32,000 nt of DNA from an uncultured archaeon (GTDB taxonomy: Archaea > Iainarchaeota > Iainarchaeia > Iainarchaeales > CSSED10-239), in assembly GCA_964496765.1 (NCBI GenBank), contig CAZCAP010000001.1, positions 63,609 through 95,608 on the forward strand, in the 5' to 3' direction. Numbering within the stretch: position 1 is the first letter of the stretch; the number at the start of each line of letters is the position of its first letter. Position numbers and translations under genes: made by a program. Shown here in pieces: positions 9,100-18,821 of the stretch. The notes under the pieces were generated by a model. That model had not been told where the DNA came from and did no database searches. It saw only the letters and a program-made list of their open reading frames with translations.

Positions 9100-9678
9100 T
9101 TATCTTTCTCCAACTCTATTCTTATCTGTAATAAATATAAATTTAGCTTCACTTACTAGTTTAAAAAATCTAATTTGTTTCTTCTTTTCCTTTGAATCAA
9201 ATATAATTAGATTCATACCTTCCCACAAAAGGAACCAACCAATTAATTCAAAAATAATTTGAAAAAAGGAGATTGCATTTAAGAATTCCTCATATCTAGG
9301 AAGTATATAAAAGAAAAGAAATATGGCAATAACTCCAAGCCCAATAAATAATGCTCCCTGCCTTACTAATTTTCTTTGTTTGGCTTTATGAACCAGATAT
9401 TCAATATTAAAGAACTCGTTTAATCTTTTCTTGATTGTTAGCTCTTCTTTAACTATTCTTTGCTCCTTTGGGATAACAAACACTATATGATATTTGTCAT
9501 AAACCAATTGCTGATCAACCCTATCAAGCTCAGAGATAAAATCATCTGAGATTGCCTTTGCACTATAGGGTCTTGGATCAAAATCAGAGAATATTTCACT
9601 ATACTTATCTATAGATAGTATTATGGTTTTTATATTACTTTTTTTTGGCTTATTTATCTTCCAAAACATGATTATCAA
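9100..9678 (-). CDS. Membrane protein, hypothetical
   Basis: 192-aa ORF with two TM-like segments (LFIGLGVIAIFLFFYIL; IIFELIGWFLLWEGMNLIIF). Confidence 0.6.
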   Translation of the reverse strand: MIIMFWKINKPKKSNIKTIILSIDKYSEIFSDFDPRPYSAKAISDDFISELDRVDQQLVYDKYHIVFVIPKEQRIVKEELTIKKRLNEFFNIEYLVHKAKQRKLVRQGALFIGLGVIAIFLFFYILPRYEEFLNAISFFQIIFELIGWFLLWEGMNLIIFDSKEKKKQIRFFKLVSEAKFIFITDKNRVGER

Positions 9679-9780
9679 CCAATATTATATATACAAATGG
9701 ATATAAATAAATATGTATTTATAAATGTTATAGACAATAAAATACATATTTAAAAAAGAACCAATTTGGAGCTGAGGACT

Positions 9781-10491
9781 ATGGGACTTGCTAAAGGAAT
9801 TAGAAAAATAGTAATTAAAGAAAGAATGAAACTTAGGAAACCAATAGAAAACAAGAAAAATTATACGGTTACACCTAAATACTTTGAGATTGGGGTTTCA
9901 AGAGAATCTAGAGCTCTTCTTGACAAGAACCCAGGATTAATAAAAAGCATACTTACCTTATCAAAAGAAATAGGAGTTATTACAGCAAAGGGAGTAATCA
10001 AGCAATATTCTGATCCAAAAGGTGGGTTTACTCTTGATCTAATTAGTAGAAATAAAATATTCACTCTTGGAGATAAGGCAACAAATGCAATATATAAATT
10101 AAGTTTAAAAAATCATAACCAAAAATACATTGTGGATGTTGGGATATCAAATTATAATTATGTAACCAGATCAGTTCAAACTGATGTAATTAAGAAAGCT
10201 GGTTTCAATGTGGTTGATCCAATTCATGCTGTGCTGGATAAAAAGAATAACAAAGGATTTGCAATTTATCCTGATTTTTCACAAAATTTAAAATCCATAT
10301 CTGAACTAGGTTTATCAAGAAAGATGTACACAGCAATGAAAGAAAAATTAGATGATGTAAACAAGAAGGTAATTCAAACAATTAGGGAACACCACGGAGC
10401 ACTTAATGTTACAGCAGATAGCACAATTAAGATAACTATGGAAAACATTAGAATTGACCCAAAAACAAAGAAGATATTTATTATTTTCTAA
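9781..10491 (+). CDS. Conserved-looking hypothetical protein
   Basis: Long ORF. ATG at 9781 is preceded by TTTGGAGCTGAGG; the track start at 9766 uses a TTG. Confidence 0.65.
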   Translation: MGLAKGIRKIVIKERMKLRKPIENKKNYTVTPKYFEIGVSRESRALLDKNPGLIKSILTLSKEIGVITAKGVIKQYSDPKGGFTLDLISRNKIFTLGDKATNAIYKLSLKNHNQKYIVDVGISNYNYVTRSVQTDVIKKAGFNVVDPIHAVLDKKNNKGFAIYPDFSQNLKSISELGLSRKMYTAMKEKLDDVNKKVIQTIREHHGALNVTADSTIKITMENIRIDPKTKKIFIIF

Positions 10492-10500
10492 ATATTATCT

Positions 10501-10992
10501 TTAGTTTAAAATATATATTGAGATTGTAAGAATTGTTGCAAACAAAACCCATAGAGCATATGGAATTAATAAATATGCAGATACTCTATTAATTTTATAA
10601 AAATAAACTATTGTAAACACTATCAATATCTCTAATATAACTATTTCTATACTTGATATTAATAAGAGATGTGCTTCAAAGAAAAGGTAACACCATAGTG
10701 CATTTAAAAAAAGTTGAATAATAAATAAAATCTTAGCAATATTAAATGTATTTCTTAACTTATGATGAACTTTTGAAATAAGTAATAAATAAAAGGATAC
10801 ACCAATCAAAATAAAAAGAATTGTCCAGGCTATTGGGAAAACAAAGTTTGGTGGTAGAAAGAAGGGTCTATTAATCAGCAAATACCAGGTAGCTGTGTTG
10901 CGTCCAGTAAAAAAAGATCCAATATATGCTGTTAATGCTACTAGAAACACAGACAACAAAAGTGCCTTTAGCTTAAGCTTAACTTTATTCAT
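10501..10992 (-). CDS. TspO/MBR family protein
   Basis: TWYLLINRPFFLPPNFVFPIAWTILF, LNALWCYLFF and YALWVLFATILTISIYILN match TspO signatures. Confidence 0.92.
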   Translation of the reverse strand: MNKVKLKLKALLLSVFLVALTAYIGSFFTGRNTATWYLLINRPFFLPPNFVFPIAWTILFILIGVSFYLLLISKVHHKLRNTFNIAKILFIIQLFLNALWCYLFFEAHLLLISSIEIVILEILIVFTIVYFYKINRVSAYLLIPYALWVLFATILTISIYILN

Positions 10993-11064
10993 ATCAAAAG
11001 AATAATAGGACAGATTTATATTTGTATCTTTCGAAACAATTTCTTTAATTATAATATATTAAAC

Positions 11065-12390
11065 CTATCTTCTTCTAAATGGTTTTTTATTAACCGTATG
11101 GGCTCTATCTACATTATGTGATGAGGTTCTTTCTCTTCTTGGAGATGAGAATCTATCCACATGATCTTGACTTCTATCTCTTATGGAAGAATGATTTCTT
11201 TCTCTACCACGTGATGATACTCCACCTCTATTTGAAGATCTATTTCCAGAAGGGCCTCTAATTGGTTTTGTAATAACTAGTAATTTAAAGTTAGGTAATG
11301 TTTTTAGTTTAGCCTTAAAATTATATCCTCTTAGAATTCTTGTAAAATCATTAACCTCACTTGAAGTTATTATGGTTATTGCAAGCCCTTTCTTGCCAGC
11401 TCTTGCAGTTCTTCCAATTCTATGAATATATTGATTATCATCTCTTGGTAAATCAAAATTATAAATATATTCTAAATCATCTATGTGTATTCCTCTTGCA
11501 GAAACATCTGTAGAGATTAATACAGCTGTATTGTGTTTGTGGTATTCTGCTAAAGTGTTTGTTCTTTTGTTTTGCTCTAGCCCACCATGTAACCTAAAAG
11601 CTTCTATTTTGTTTTCCTTTAGATTATGATAGATTAGATCAACCTCTTGTCTTGTATTACAAAAAACAATTGATTTCTTATCTGAATGATTTGATAGTAA
11701 ATCAACTAATAATGATATCTTATTGTGTTGCTTAACAATATAATAATCTTGCAATAGGTTTGTTGGATCAACATATGAATCAATTACAATTCTTTTTGCA
11801 TTCTTAATGTATTCTTTTTCAATTTTAGATACATCTCTTGTAATTGTTGCAGAAAACAAAAGAATTTGCTTTTCTTTTGGGGTTTGCTTGAATATTTTTG
11901 TAATGTCATTGTAAAAGCCCATATCACACATTCTATCTGCTTCATCTAAGATTAGGTACTTAATGTTTTCAAGTCTTAGGTTACCTCTATTCATTTGATC
12001 AAGGAGTCTTCCAGGAGTTCCAACAACTATATCTGCTTTTTTTAAATCTGTTGCCTGCCTACTAATGGATGTTCCTCCAAAAACTGCACAGGTAAATAGT
12101 CCAGTGTGTTTTGAGAGCTTAACTGCTTCATCTAATATTTGATTAGCGAGCTCCCTTGTGGGGGTTACAATTAAAACTTTTATTTTTTTGTCTTGTTTTA
12201 TTTGAGAACCAACACCAGCAAGAAATGCTAATGTTTTACCAGATCCTGTAGAGGATTGTACAATTAAGTTATTCCCAGAAAGTATTTCTGGAATAGATTT
12301 TTTTTGAACTTCAGTTGGTTCAGTGAACCCTTGATGTTCAATTGATTTTAATATATCTTTGTTTATTTTTAGTTTTTCAAATTCGTTCAT
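11065..12390 (-). CDS. DEAD-box RNA helicase with Arg/Ser/Gly-rich C-terminal tail
   Basis: Q-motif region GFTEPTEVQKKSIP, SSTGSGKT, PTRELANQ, LDEADRM, SATI, HRIGRTARAG; tail rich in RG, SR and RD. Confidence 0.97.
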   Translation of the reverse strand: MNEFEKLKINKDILKSIEHQGFTEPTEVQKKSIPEILSGNNLIVQSSTGSGKTLAFLAGVGSQIKQDKKIKVLIVTPTRELANQILDEAVKLSKHTGLFTCAVFGGTSISRQATDLKKADIVVGTPGRLLDQMNRGNLRLENIKYLILDEADRMCDMGFYNDITKIFKQTPKEKQILLFSATITRDVSKIEKEYIKNAKRIVIDSYVDPTNLLQDYYIVKQHNKISLLVDLLSNHSDKKSIVFCNTRQEVDLIYHNLKENKIEAFRLHGGLEQNKRTNTLAEYHKHNTAVLISTDVSARGIHIDDLEYIYNFDLPRDDNQYIHRIGRTARAGKKGLAITIITSSEVNDFTRILRGYNFKAKLKTLPNFKLLVITKPIRGPSGNRSSNRGGVSSRGRERNHSSIRDRSQDHVDRFSSPRRERTSSHNVDRAHTVNKKPFRRR

Positions 12391-12546
12391 AAATTATTCT
12401 TATCCTATTTTTGTATTTTAAAAGAGTGACTTCTTTTAAATTTTATTATCTCTTCGATTTTAAATTAAGAAAAAGTTACTTCTAGTAATATATAATATAC
12501 TATAGAAAGAATATATAAATATATGGAAAATTCAAAAATCTAGTAA

Positions 12547-13956
12547 TTATAACCCAATTGTATTTTTAAAAGAAACATCTTTTACATATTTTTTAGTGCA
12601 TCTTTCTTTATAGGTATCAATAATTACCTTAAGATATTTTTTATTTAGATTAGATAAATCAGTAACATTGAATTGATTAGAAGTCCAAAGTGGTAAGTAA
12701 TAATTTAATAACCATTCATCCCAACTATTAACCATTTTAATACCATATTTTTTTGGATTATTAGATATAGCACTTCCTGGATAGGGCTTAAACAAGCTAG
12801 GGAGTATAAAATCAACTTGTTTAGTTAAAATTAAGCGCTTAATTTCATTTAAATTTTGGTTAATTGTTTTATTAGTAGTACCTGGAAGTGCAATCATCCA
12901 ATACACCCCAATTAATGCATTAGAATTGTCTCTTATGATTTGCATTGCTTCTTTCATCTGGCTATAACTTAATTGCTTGTTATTCTTATGAAGAACAGAA
13001 TCATTACAATCTTCAACACCCAAGTTAATCAGTTTAAAATTTGCTTCATCCAACTTTCTTACAATTTCTGGTGTGGTATGATTTGCTCTCAAGTCACAAA
13101 CAAAATATAAATTATTTAAATTTGATTTGATAATTGCATTCATTAATTTCACAAATCTGTTAACATCAATGCAAATTATATTGTCTGAAAAATGAATGGG
13201 GGTATTTGGAAGAAGGTGCTTATTTAAAAACTTTAATTCAGCAATAATATCGGTTGTTTTTCTAAATCTTATTGGGCCCTGAAACTTTGCACAAAATGCA
13301 CAATTATATAAACATCCTCTCATATAGGTAATGTTTATATTATAATTATTCAAATCATCATCAAATAAAGAATAATCAGATGTGGGAATGCGTTCATTAC
13401 CCAAATAAGTAATAGATTTATTAATTACAATTCTATCTTTCTGTTTATACCCAATACCATTTATTTTACTAAGAGGTTTGCTTGTTAATAATTTCAGAAA
13501 AGAAATCTCTCCTTCTTCCAAGACTACAAAATCTACAAATTTAGATTTTAAATAAGTTTTAGGATCATTAGTTGGACCTGAACCACCAATTACAACTTTA
13601 ATGTTTGGATTACTTTTTTTAATATTTTTTGCAATGTTTAAAACAATAGAAAGAAAAGGAGATTTTGCGGTTATACCAATATAATCATATTTTTTTATAT
13701 TTGAATTAATTTTATTCAAATCCAAATAATTGCAGTAGTCTATCTTAATACCTTTAATATTCGTTTTAAGATAGGTGCTCAAGGTTAGTAATCCTATTGA
13801 AAAGGTTTTTTTTGTGTAATTTATTACAGATGCACCTTTTGTTTCTGCCCACACATCCTCTAGTTCACACTTAAGCCTATTCAACCTTTCAAAATACTTT
13901 GGTTGAACAAAGGGAACTGAAGGAATATCAATTAAACCAATTCTCAAACAAAACAC
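12547..13956 (-). CDS. B12-binding-type radical SAM enzyme
   Basis: N-terminal Rossmann-like segment (YDYIGITAKSP...VVIGGSGPT) followed by YMRGCLYNCAFC (CxxxCxxC). Confidence 0.85.
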   Translation of the reverse strand: MFCLRIGLIDIPSVPFVQPKYFERLNRLKCELEDVWAETKGASVINYTKKTFSIGLLTLSTYLKTNIKGIKIDYCNYLDLNKINSNIKKYDYIGITAKSPFLSIVLNIAKNIKKSNPNIKVVIGGSGPTNDPKTYLKSKFVDFVVLEEGEISFLKLLTSKPLSKINGIGYKQKDRIVINKSITYLGNERIPTSDYSLFDDDLNNYNINITYMRGCLYNCAFCAKFQGPIRFRKTTDIIAELKFLNKHLLPNTPIHFSDNIICIDVNRFVKLMNAIIKSNLNNLYFVCDLRANHTTPEIVRKLDEANFKLINLGVEDCNDSVLHKNNKQLSYSQMKEAMQIIRDNSNALIGVYWMIALPGTTNKTINQNLNEIKRLILTKQVDFILPSLFKPYPGSAISNNPKKYGIKMVNSWDEWLLNYYLPLWTSNQFNVTDLSNLNKKYLKVIIDTYKERCTKKYVKDVSFKNTIGL

Positions 13957-14869
13957 CTTTTTTATTATACAATTGATTTCTAGGATCGCAATTTTTACAA
14001 GTTGGTTTCTCTAGTATAGGACTTTTTTTAATTTTAGTGTATATTTTATTTAGATCCTCTTTTTTAAAATTACCAAACAAACAAAAACTATCCGAGTTAT
14101 TATCAAATGAATTACATCTATATATATTCCCATTAATATCTATAAAAATCATTTTCTCGCATATTCTACAAGCATTTTTTAAATAGAACTTCGAAGTATA
14201 TTCTTCACGCTCTAAATTATCAAAATCAATATTTGCTTTAAAATTAAATGAAGAAATTATCTTGGATTTATTTTTAATATTATTATAAATAGTGTTAAAT
14301 TCAATCCATTGCGTCTTAGTTAAATGCAAATCATTATTAAACTTAACTGGAATTAAGTGCCATTCATCTACTTTTTCAATAAAATCAAATTCACTAAATT
14401 TAATAATTTTTTTATAATTAACATTAGTTATAACTGTATTTATTGATGTTTTTATATTCATGCGTTGTGCTTTTTTAATTCCAGAAATAACAATTGTAGT
14501 TAAATTCTTGATTCCTCTATTCTTTGAATGATAATCATCAACACTATCTAAAGAAAAAATGATTCCATTAGGCAACTTATATTTAAATAATTTATCCCAA
14601 TTATCAACTAAAGTGCTTCCATTGGTTATCAACCCAAAATTCAGATTATTATCCTTTAAAAATTTATTTAACAAAGTAAACTTTGGATAGAGAGTTGGCT
14701 CCCCACCAGTGAATATTACATTAGCATATCCTTTACTCTTAAAAAATAAAAGTATATCCAATAATGTATTATACTTAAAATGCTCTGGCTTTCGTTTCCA
14801 AATACTACACATTCTACAATTTGCATTACATTTAGTTGTAAGGCGTATAAATATAATCTTAGAATTCAT
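13928..14869 (-). CDS. Radical SAM / SPASM-like domain protein
   Basis: TTKCNANCRMCSIWKR (CxxxCxxC), GGEPTLYP, and C-terminal Cys cluster CRICEKMIFIDINGNIYRCNSF...CKNCDP. Confidence 0.9.
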   Translation of the reverse strand: MNSKIIFIRLTTKCNANCRMCSIWKRKPEHFKYNTLLDILLFFKSKGYANVIFTGGEPTLYPKFTLLNKFLKDNNLNFGLITNGSTLVDNWDKLFKYKLPNGIIFSLDSVDDYHSKNRGIKNLTTIVISGIKKAQRMNIKTSINTVITNVNYKKIIKFSEFDFIEKVDEWHLIPVKFNNDLHLTKTQWIEFNTIYNNIKNKSKIISSFNFKANIDFDNLEREEYTSKFYLKNACRICEKMIFIDINGNIYRCNSFDNNSDSFCLFGNFKKEDLNKIYTKIKKSPILEKPTCKNCDPRNQLYNKKGVLFENWFN

Positions 14870-14872
14870 ATT

Positions 14873-15961
14873 TTATTCATTTATTTTAAACTTTTTAGTG
14901 AAATCAGAATAATCTATAAAGGGCATAAATGTAAACCCTATATGTTTATTCCAAAAATCAGTTGCATCTTGTTTTGTAGAGGCATCAAATTTACCTAGTT
15001 TTTTTATAATTGGTTCTTCAATTAGTGGTAAAGGATAGATCCTTTCAAGAAAAGGATTCTTTTTAAGAAGTTCAATTGCTTGAACCTTATTATTTACAAG
15101 AAACACAATTCTTTGATAAGCAGACGTGTAACTAGGAGCAGTTTTTTGAACTTTAATATATTTATATTTAGTTAATTTATTAATTATTTTGTTCCCATTA
15201 TTAATCCTATCTTCTAATAACAATGTAAAATACTTTAATTGAGGCAATAATACAGCCGCCTGAAATTCAGTCATTAAATTTTTACCACCAATAAATTCAG
15301 AAACAAATACCCTGTCTTTATTTTGAACTAGGCCTGCATGTCTTATTGCCTTTGCATAATCATATACCTTTTTTGATGAAGTTACAAATAGACCTCCATC
15401 TCCACAACTAATGTGTTTACAACTATTAAAACTAAAAGCAGAACAATCTCCAAAAGTTCCAACTGATTTTTTTTTATATTTTGCACCAAATGCTTGTGCA
15501 CAATCCTCGATCAAATAAATTTTGTTTGATTTACAAAAATCACTCACTTCTTTAATCCCTGATGGATTTCCAAATAAATGAACAAAAATTATAGCTTTTG
15601 TTTTCTTGGTTACGCATTTTTTAAGTTCAATCACATCTAAATTAAATGTATTTGGATTTGTTTTACAGAGTACAGGTGTAGCTCCCACATTTAGAATTGC
15701 TTGTGCAGTAGCAATAAAAGTAAAACTGGGGATAATAACTTCATCCCTTTCTTTAATATTTAGTGCTTTAATACACATTTCTAAAGCACTACTTCCTGAA
15801 TTAATTGTTAAACATTTTGCACCAATTAATGATTCACATTTACTTTGTACTTTATTATTAAATTCGTCTCTATAAATATTCCATTTCTTATTATCTATTA
15901 ATTTATTTAGATTTTTTTTAATATCTAGGTCAATTTGATTAAAAACATTAATTATATTCAT
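14873..15961 (-). CDS. DegT/DnrJ/EryC1/StrS-family PLP aminotransferase
   Basis: NSGSSALEMCIKAL, DEVIIPSFTFIATAQAILNVGATPV, IYLIEDCAQAFGAKY, GTFGDCSAFSFNSCKHISCGDGG. Confidence 0.95.
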   Translation of the reverse strand: MNIINVFNQIDLDIKKNLNKLIDNKKWNIYRDEFNNKVQSKCESLIGAKCLTINSGSSALEMCIKALNIKERDEVIIPSFTFIATAQAILNVGATPVLCKTNPNTFNLDVIELKKCVTKKTKAIIFVHLFGNPSGIKEVSDFCKSNKIYLIEDCAQAFGAKYKKKSVGTFGDCSAFSFNSCKHISCGDGGLFVTSSKKVYDYAKAIRHAGLVQNKDRVFVSEFIGGKNLMTEFQAAVLLPQLKYFTLLLEDRINNGNKIINKLTKYKYIKVQKTAPSYTSAYQRIVFLVNNKVQAIELLKKNPFLERIYPLPLIEEPIIKKLGKFDASTKQDATDFWNKHIGFTFMPFIDYSDFTKKFKINE

Positions 15962-15975
15962 AATATTATCACTTC

Positions 15976-16725
15976 TTAAAATGTAGAATCATCTTTATCT
16001 TGCCATTCATTTTCCAGCTTATCTATGTATTCTTGTTTTATTTCAAAATATTTCTTTTGAACAATAGTTAATCCTGCTCCAAATTTGAAATCAAAAGATT
16101 GAAGCTCCATATCTTTTAAAATTTCTAATAGTACCTTTCTTGGGCCACTCCATTTTGGGTTTTTAGACCTACTAATGGTATCATGAAATAAAATTAATGC
16201 ATTTTCTAATAACTTATCCTTAAAAGCACCCCAATCGAATTTAACAAATTCATAAAAATGAGAAGCATCAATACATAATAAATCAATAGAATCTATACCT
16301 TTATAGACATCAGTATTTACAAATTCTTGAGTAGTAAATAAATAATGTTGAATTATATTTCCCACATCAAAACTATTGAACCACTCTTTTGTTTTTTGTG
16401 TATCTTTCCAAAAGTCATCATCCAAAGAAGGATCAATAAAGTAGGCTTTACAATCAATATCATTATCTTTCATACCTTTCGCAATTAAAATTGGTAAAAA
16501 ACCTCTACCTAATCCAATCATAACAGCTATTTTGGGTTTATACAATCTTGCAAATGAATAGTATAACCAACCTAAACCAATATTTTTAGTATTTATGTCT
16601 TTTTCTTCGTTATAGTCATATCGTCCACCAAATGATGGTTCTCCAGCAGCTACTGAGCCCTGTCCAGTTCTATTAGGATAGAGATCCTTATTTGATAAAA
16701 AATTATCTAACCAACTATCTAGCAT
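15976..16725 (-). CDS. Class I SAM-dependent methyltransferase-like protein
   Basis: VMIGLGRGFLPILIAKG, AYFIDPSLDDDFW, DLLCIDASHFYEFVKFDWGAF, ALILFHDT. Confidence 0.7.
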   Translation of the reverse strand: MLDSWLDNFLSNKDLYPNRTGQGSVAAGEPSFGGRYDYNEEKDINTKNIGLGWLYYSFARLYKPKIAVMIGLGRGFLPILIAKGMKDNDIDCKAYFIDPSLDDDFWKDTQKTKEWFNSFDVGNIIQHYLFTTQEFVNTDVYKGIDSIDLLCIDASHFYEFVKFDWGAFKDKLLENALILFHDTISRSKNPKWSGPRKVLLEILKDMELQSFDFKFGAGLTIVQKKYFEIKQEYIDKLENEWQDKDDSTF

Positions 16726-16738
16726 TTATATCACCTAA

Positions 16739-17434
16739 TTAAATGTAATTCCCACCATTTATACTAATTATTTGACCAGTAATGTGCTTTGATTTAATTG
16801 ATAACAAAAAATCTATTAAATCTACTATATCTTCTGGTTCTCCTAATCTCTTCAAGAGGATACTATTTATAATTACATTTTTTTTAATACCCTGGGCCTT
16901 CAAGTTCTCATGTAACAAAGATGTATTTATAGGTCCAGGAGCAATTATGTTGACTCTTGTTTTTGGAGCTAATTCTTTTGCTGCAACTTTAGCAAAGCAC
17001 TCTAGTGCAGCCTGTGTTGGAGCATATAGACTTGATCCAAATGGATTTGATCTTGGTGCAGTTGAAGAAATAAACACTATTGAACTATCTTTATTAAGCA
17101 CAGAACCTAGGTCTTTCAAAACTAACATGTAACTAAATAAGTTTGTATTAAATACATCTATAATTTTTTCATAATTAATATCTACAATATTGGTTAGATC
17201 ATAGTGGGAAGCATTAAAAATAATATAATCAACTGTCTTAAACTTTTGCTTAATTTGTTTAATAAGTTCATTTATTTTTTGTGTGTTTTTTAAATCAAAT
17301 TCAATATAGGTTATATTCTTTTTATTAATCAATCTACTTCTTTGAATAGAAATAATCTTGTTACTTGTTTTATACTTATTTATACAAGCTTTTCCAATTC
17401 CCTTACTTCCACCAAATAACAATATATTCTTCAT
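16739..17434 (-). CDS. Short-chain dehydrogenase/reductase (SDR) homolog with altered YxxxK motif
   Basis: LFGGSKGIGKA, IIFNASH, IVFISSTAP, GSSLYAPTQAALECFAK, NIIAPGPINT. Confidence 0.9.
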   Translation of the reverse strand: MKNILLFGGSKGIGKACINKYKTSNKIISIQRSRLINKKNITYIEFDLKNTQKINELIKQIKQKFKTVDYIIFNASHYDLTNIVDINYEKIIDVFNTNLFSYMLVLKDLGSVLNKDSSIVFISSTAPRSNPFGSSLYAPTQAALECFAKVAAKELAPKTRVNIIAPGPINTSLLHENLKAQGIKKNVIINSILLKRLGEPEDIVDLIDFLLSIKSKHITGQIISINGGNYI

Positions 17435-18753
17435 CTTTCCACCTTATTATGATAATTTATTTCTTTTTTAAATATAATGTGCTTAAGTATTTTATAAACC
17501 CCATGTATTGCTCCTAGTGATTTATAAAATACACCTAGAGGTATCTCTAAACCAAACAACCTAAGTTTATACACTTTAAAATCTGTATTTTTATTAAGAA
17601 AGTTAATTACACACAAATATCCGCTTAAATAATAAACCCAGACAAAAATAATCAATAACCAGAACAATAAAGCATTATACATTGTAAAAATAATTAACAC
17701 AAATATAACCAAAAAAGGTCGTAATGCCCATTTAATTGCTAAAAACAGATGATTACAGTTTTGTAAAAATGCTATAGATAAAAACTTACTACTTCTTAGA
17801 ATTCTATAGAATGTTAGATTTCCGAAAAACCAAAAAGTGTGTTGCTTATATAATGTAATTAGGCTTTCGGGGGATTCACAATAATCCTCAAAAGGAACAG
17901 GGTAAATTGGAATGTTATTTTTAGTTAAGGTAAAACCAATTTGAATTCCATCTGCAGGCCCAATCTCTGAAAAACCATTAATCCTAGTTAATACTTCCAA
18001 CTTAAAAAATTCTCCGTGCCCCATACAATAGGGAGGAAATCTACTTTTCTTATTTGCTAATATTCTTCTATTGGTTGTAATAAACTGATTAATTTCAAAT
18101 AAATAATTCCACATAGTTTGATAATAGGCATTAGCCAATAGAACAACATTATGTTTAATTTTATGTGAATTTAATAAATAATTCATATTCTGTTGAAATG
18201 CAACTTTTTTATTATCTTGTGTATATTTATAATTAATATATTTCAATGTGTCTAAATCAGGGTGAGAATCAGCATCATAGACCCCAATAAAAGTATGTTG
18301 ATGAGTATTGTTCTTTTTAATATATTCTAATGCTACATTTAATTGATAAGCTCGTTTTTGAGCACTACCAGCATACTCAATAAATTTTACATTTTTAGAT
18401 TTATGTTCTAAAATAAATTTATTTATGAAATCTTTGGTTTTAAGATTATCTTTTTTTCTAGAAGACTCTTTCTTATCTAGAGCAACAATAATTTCAAATT
18501 TGTTTTTTGAGTAATTAAAAGAGGAAATGTGCTTAAGTGTTTTTTCAATTACGTTTTGTTCTCTTAATGCGGGGATAAGAATATAAAAATATACTTTTTC
18601 AATAGTTGATTTTTTTTTAGTTAAAAATTGTTTTCGCTCTTTAAGATAATAGCTAAATGAAACAAATAAACTAATATATCCATTAATAATAAAATAGAGT
18701 ATAATAAATAATCCAACAATTGCAAATGTATATATTAAAACCATAAATAACAT
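17431..18753 (-). CDS. Membrane-bound family 2 glycosyltransferase
   Basis: IIPALREQNVIEKTLKHI, VALDKKESS, GVYDADSHPDLDTL, and C-terminal TM segments. Overlaps the downstream SDR by 4 nt. Confidence 0.88.
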   Translation of the reverse strand: MLFMVLIYTFAIVGLFIILYFIINGYISLFVSFSYYLKERKQFLTKKKSTIEKVYFYILIPALREQNVIEKTLKHISSFNYSKNKFEIIVALDKKESSRKKDNLKTKDFINKFILEHKSKNVKFIEYAGSAQKRAYQLNVALEYIKKNNTHQHTFIGVYDADSHPDLDTLKYINYKYTQDNKKVAFQQNMNYLLNSHKIKHNVVLLANAYYQTMWNYLFEINQFITTNRRILANKKSRFPPYCMGHGEFFKLEVLTRINGFSEIGPADGIQIGFTLTKNNIPIYPVPFEDYCESPESLITLYKQHTFWFFGNLTFYRILRSSKFLSIAFLQNCNHLFLAIKWALRPFLVIFVLIIFTMYNALLFWLLIIFVWVYYLSGYLCVINFLNKNTDFKVYKLRLFGLEIPLGVFYKSLGAIHGVYKILKHIIFKKEINYHNKVER

Positions 18754-18821
18754 AGATTAATAAGTATTATAAATTATTTGTATATGATGAAAAACCTTAG
18801 ATAACACAAGTAAATATAGAA

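Noticed and set aside
14709-17132. Plus-strand ORFs 14709-14912, 14780-14998, 15606-15875, 16782-17132
   Set aside because: Antisense to strongly supported radical SAM, DegT and SDR genes.
12547-18753. RiPP precursor peptide for the radical SAM pair
   Set aside because: Junctions are 14 nt or less or overlapping, leaving no room for an unannotated precursor ORF inside the cluster; flanking intergenic regions showed no convincing small Cys/Gly-rich ORF. A precursor elsewhere in the genome cannot be excluded.
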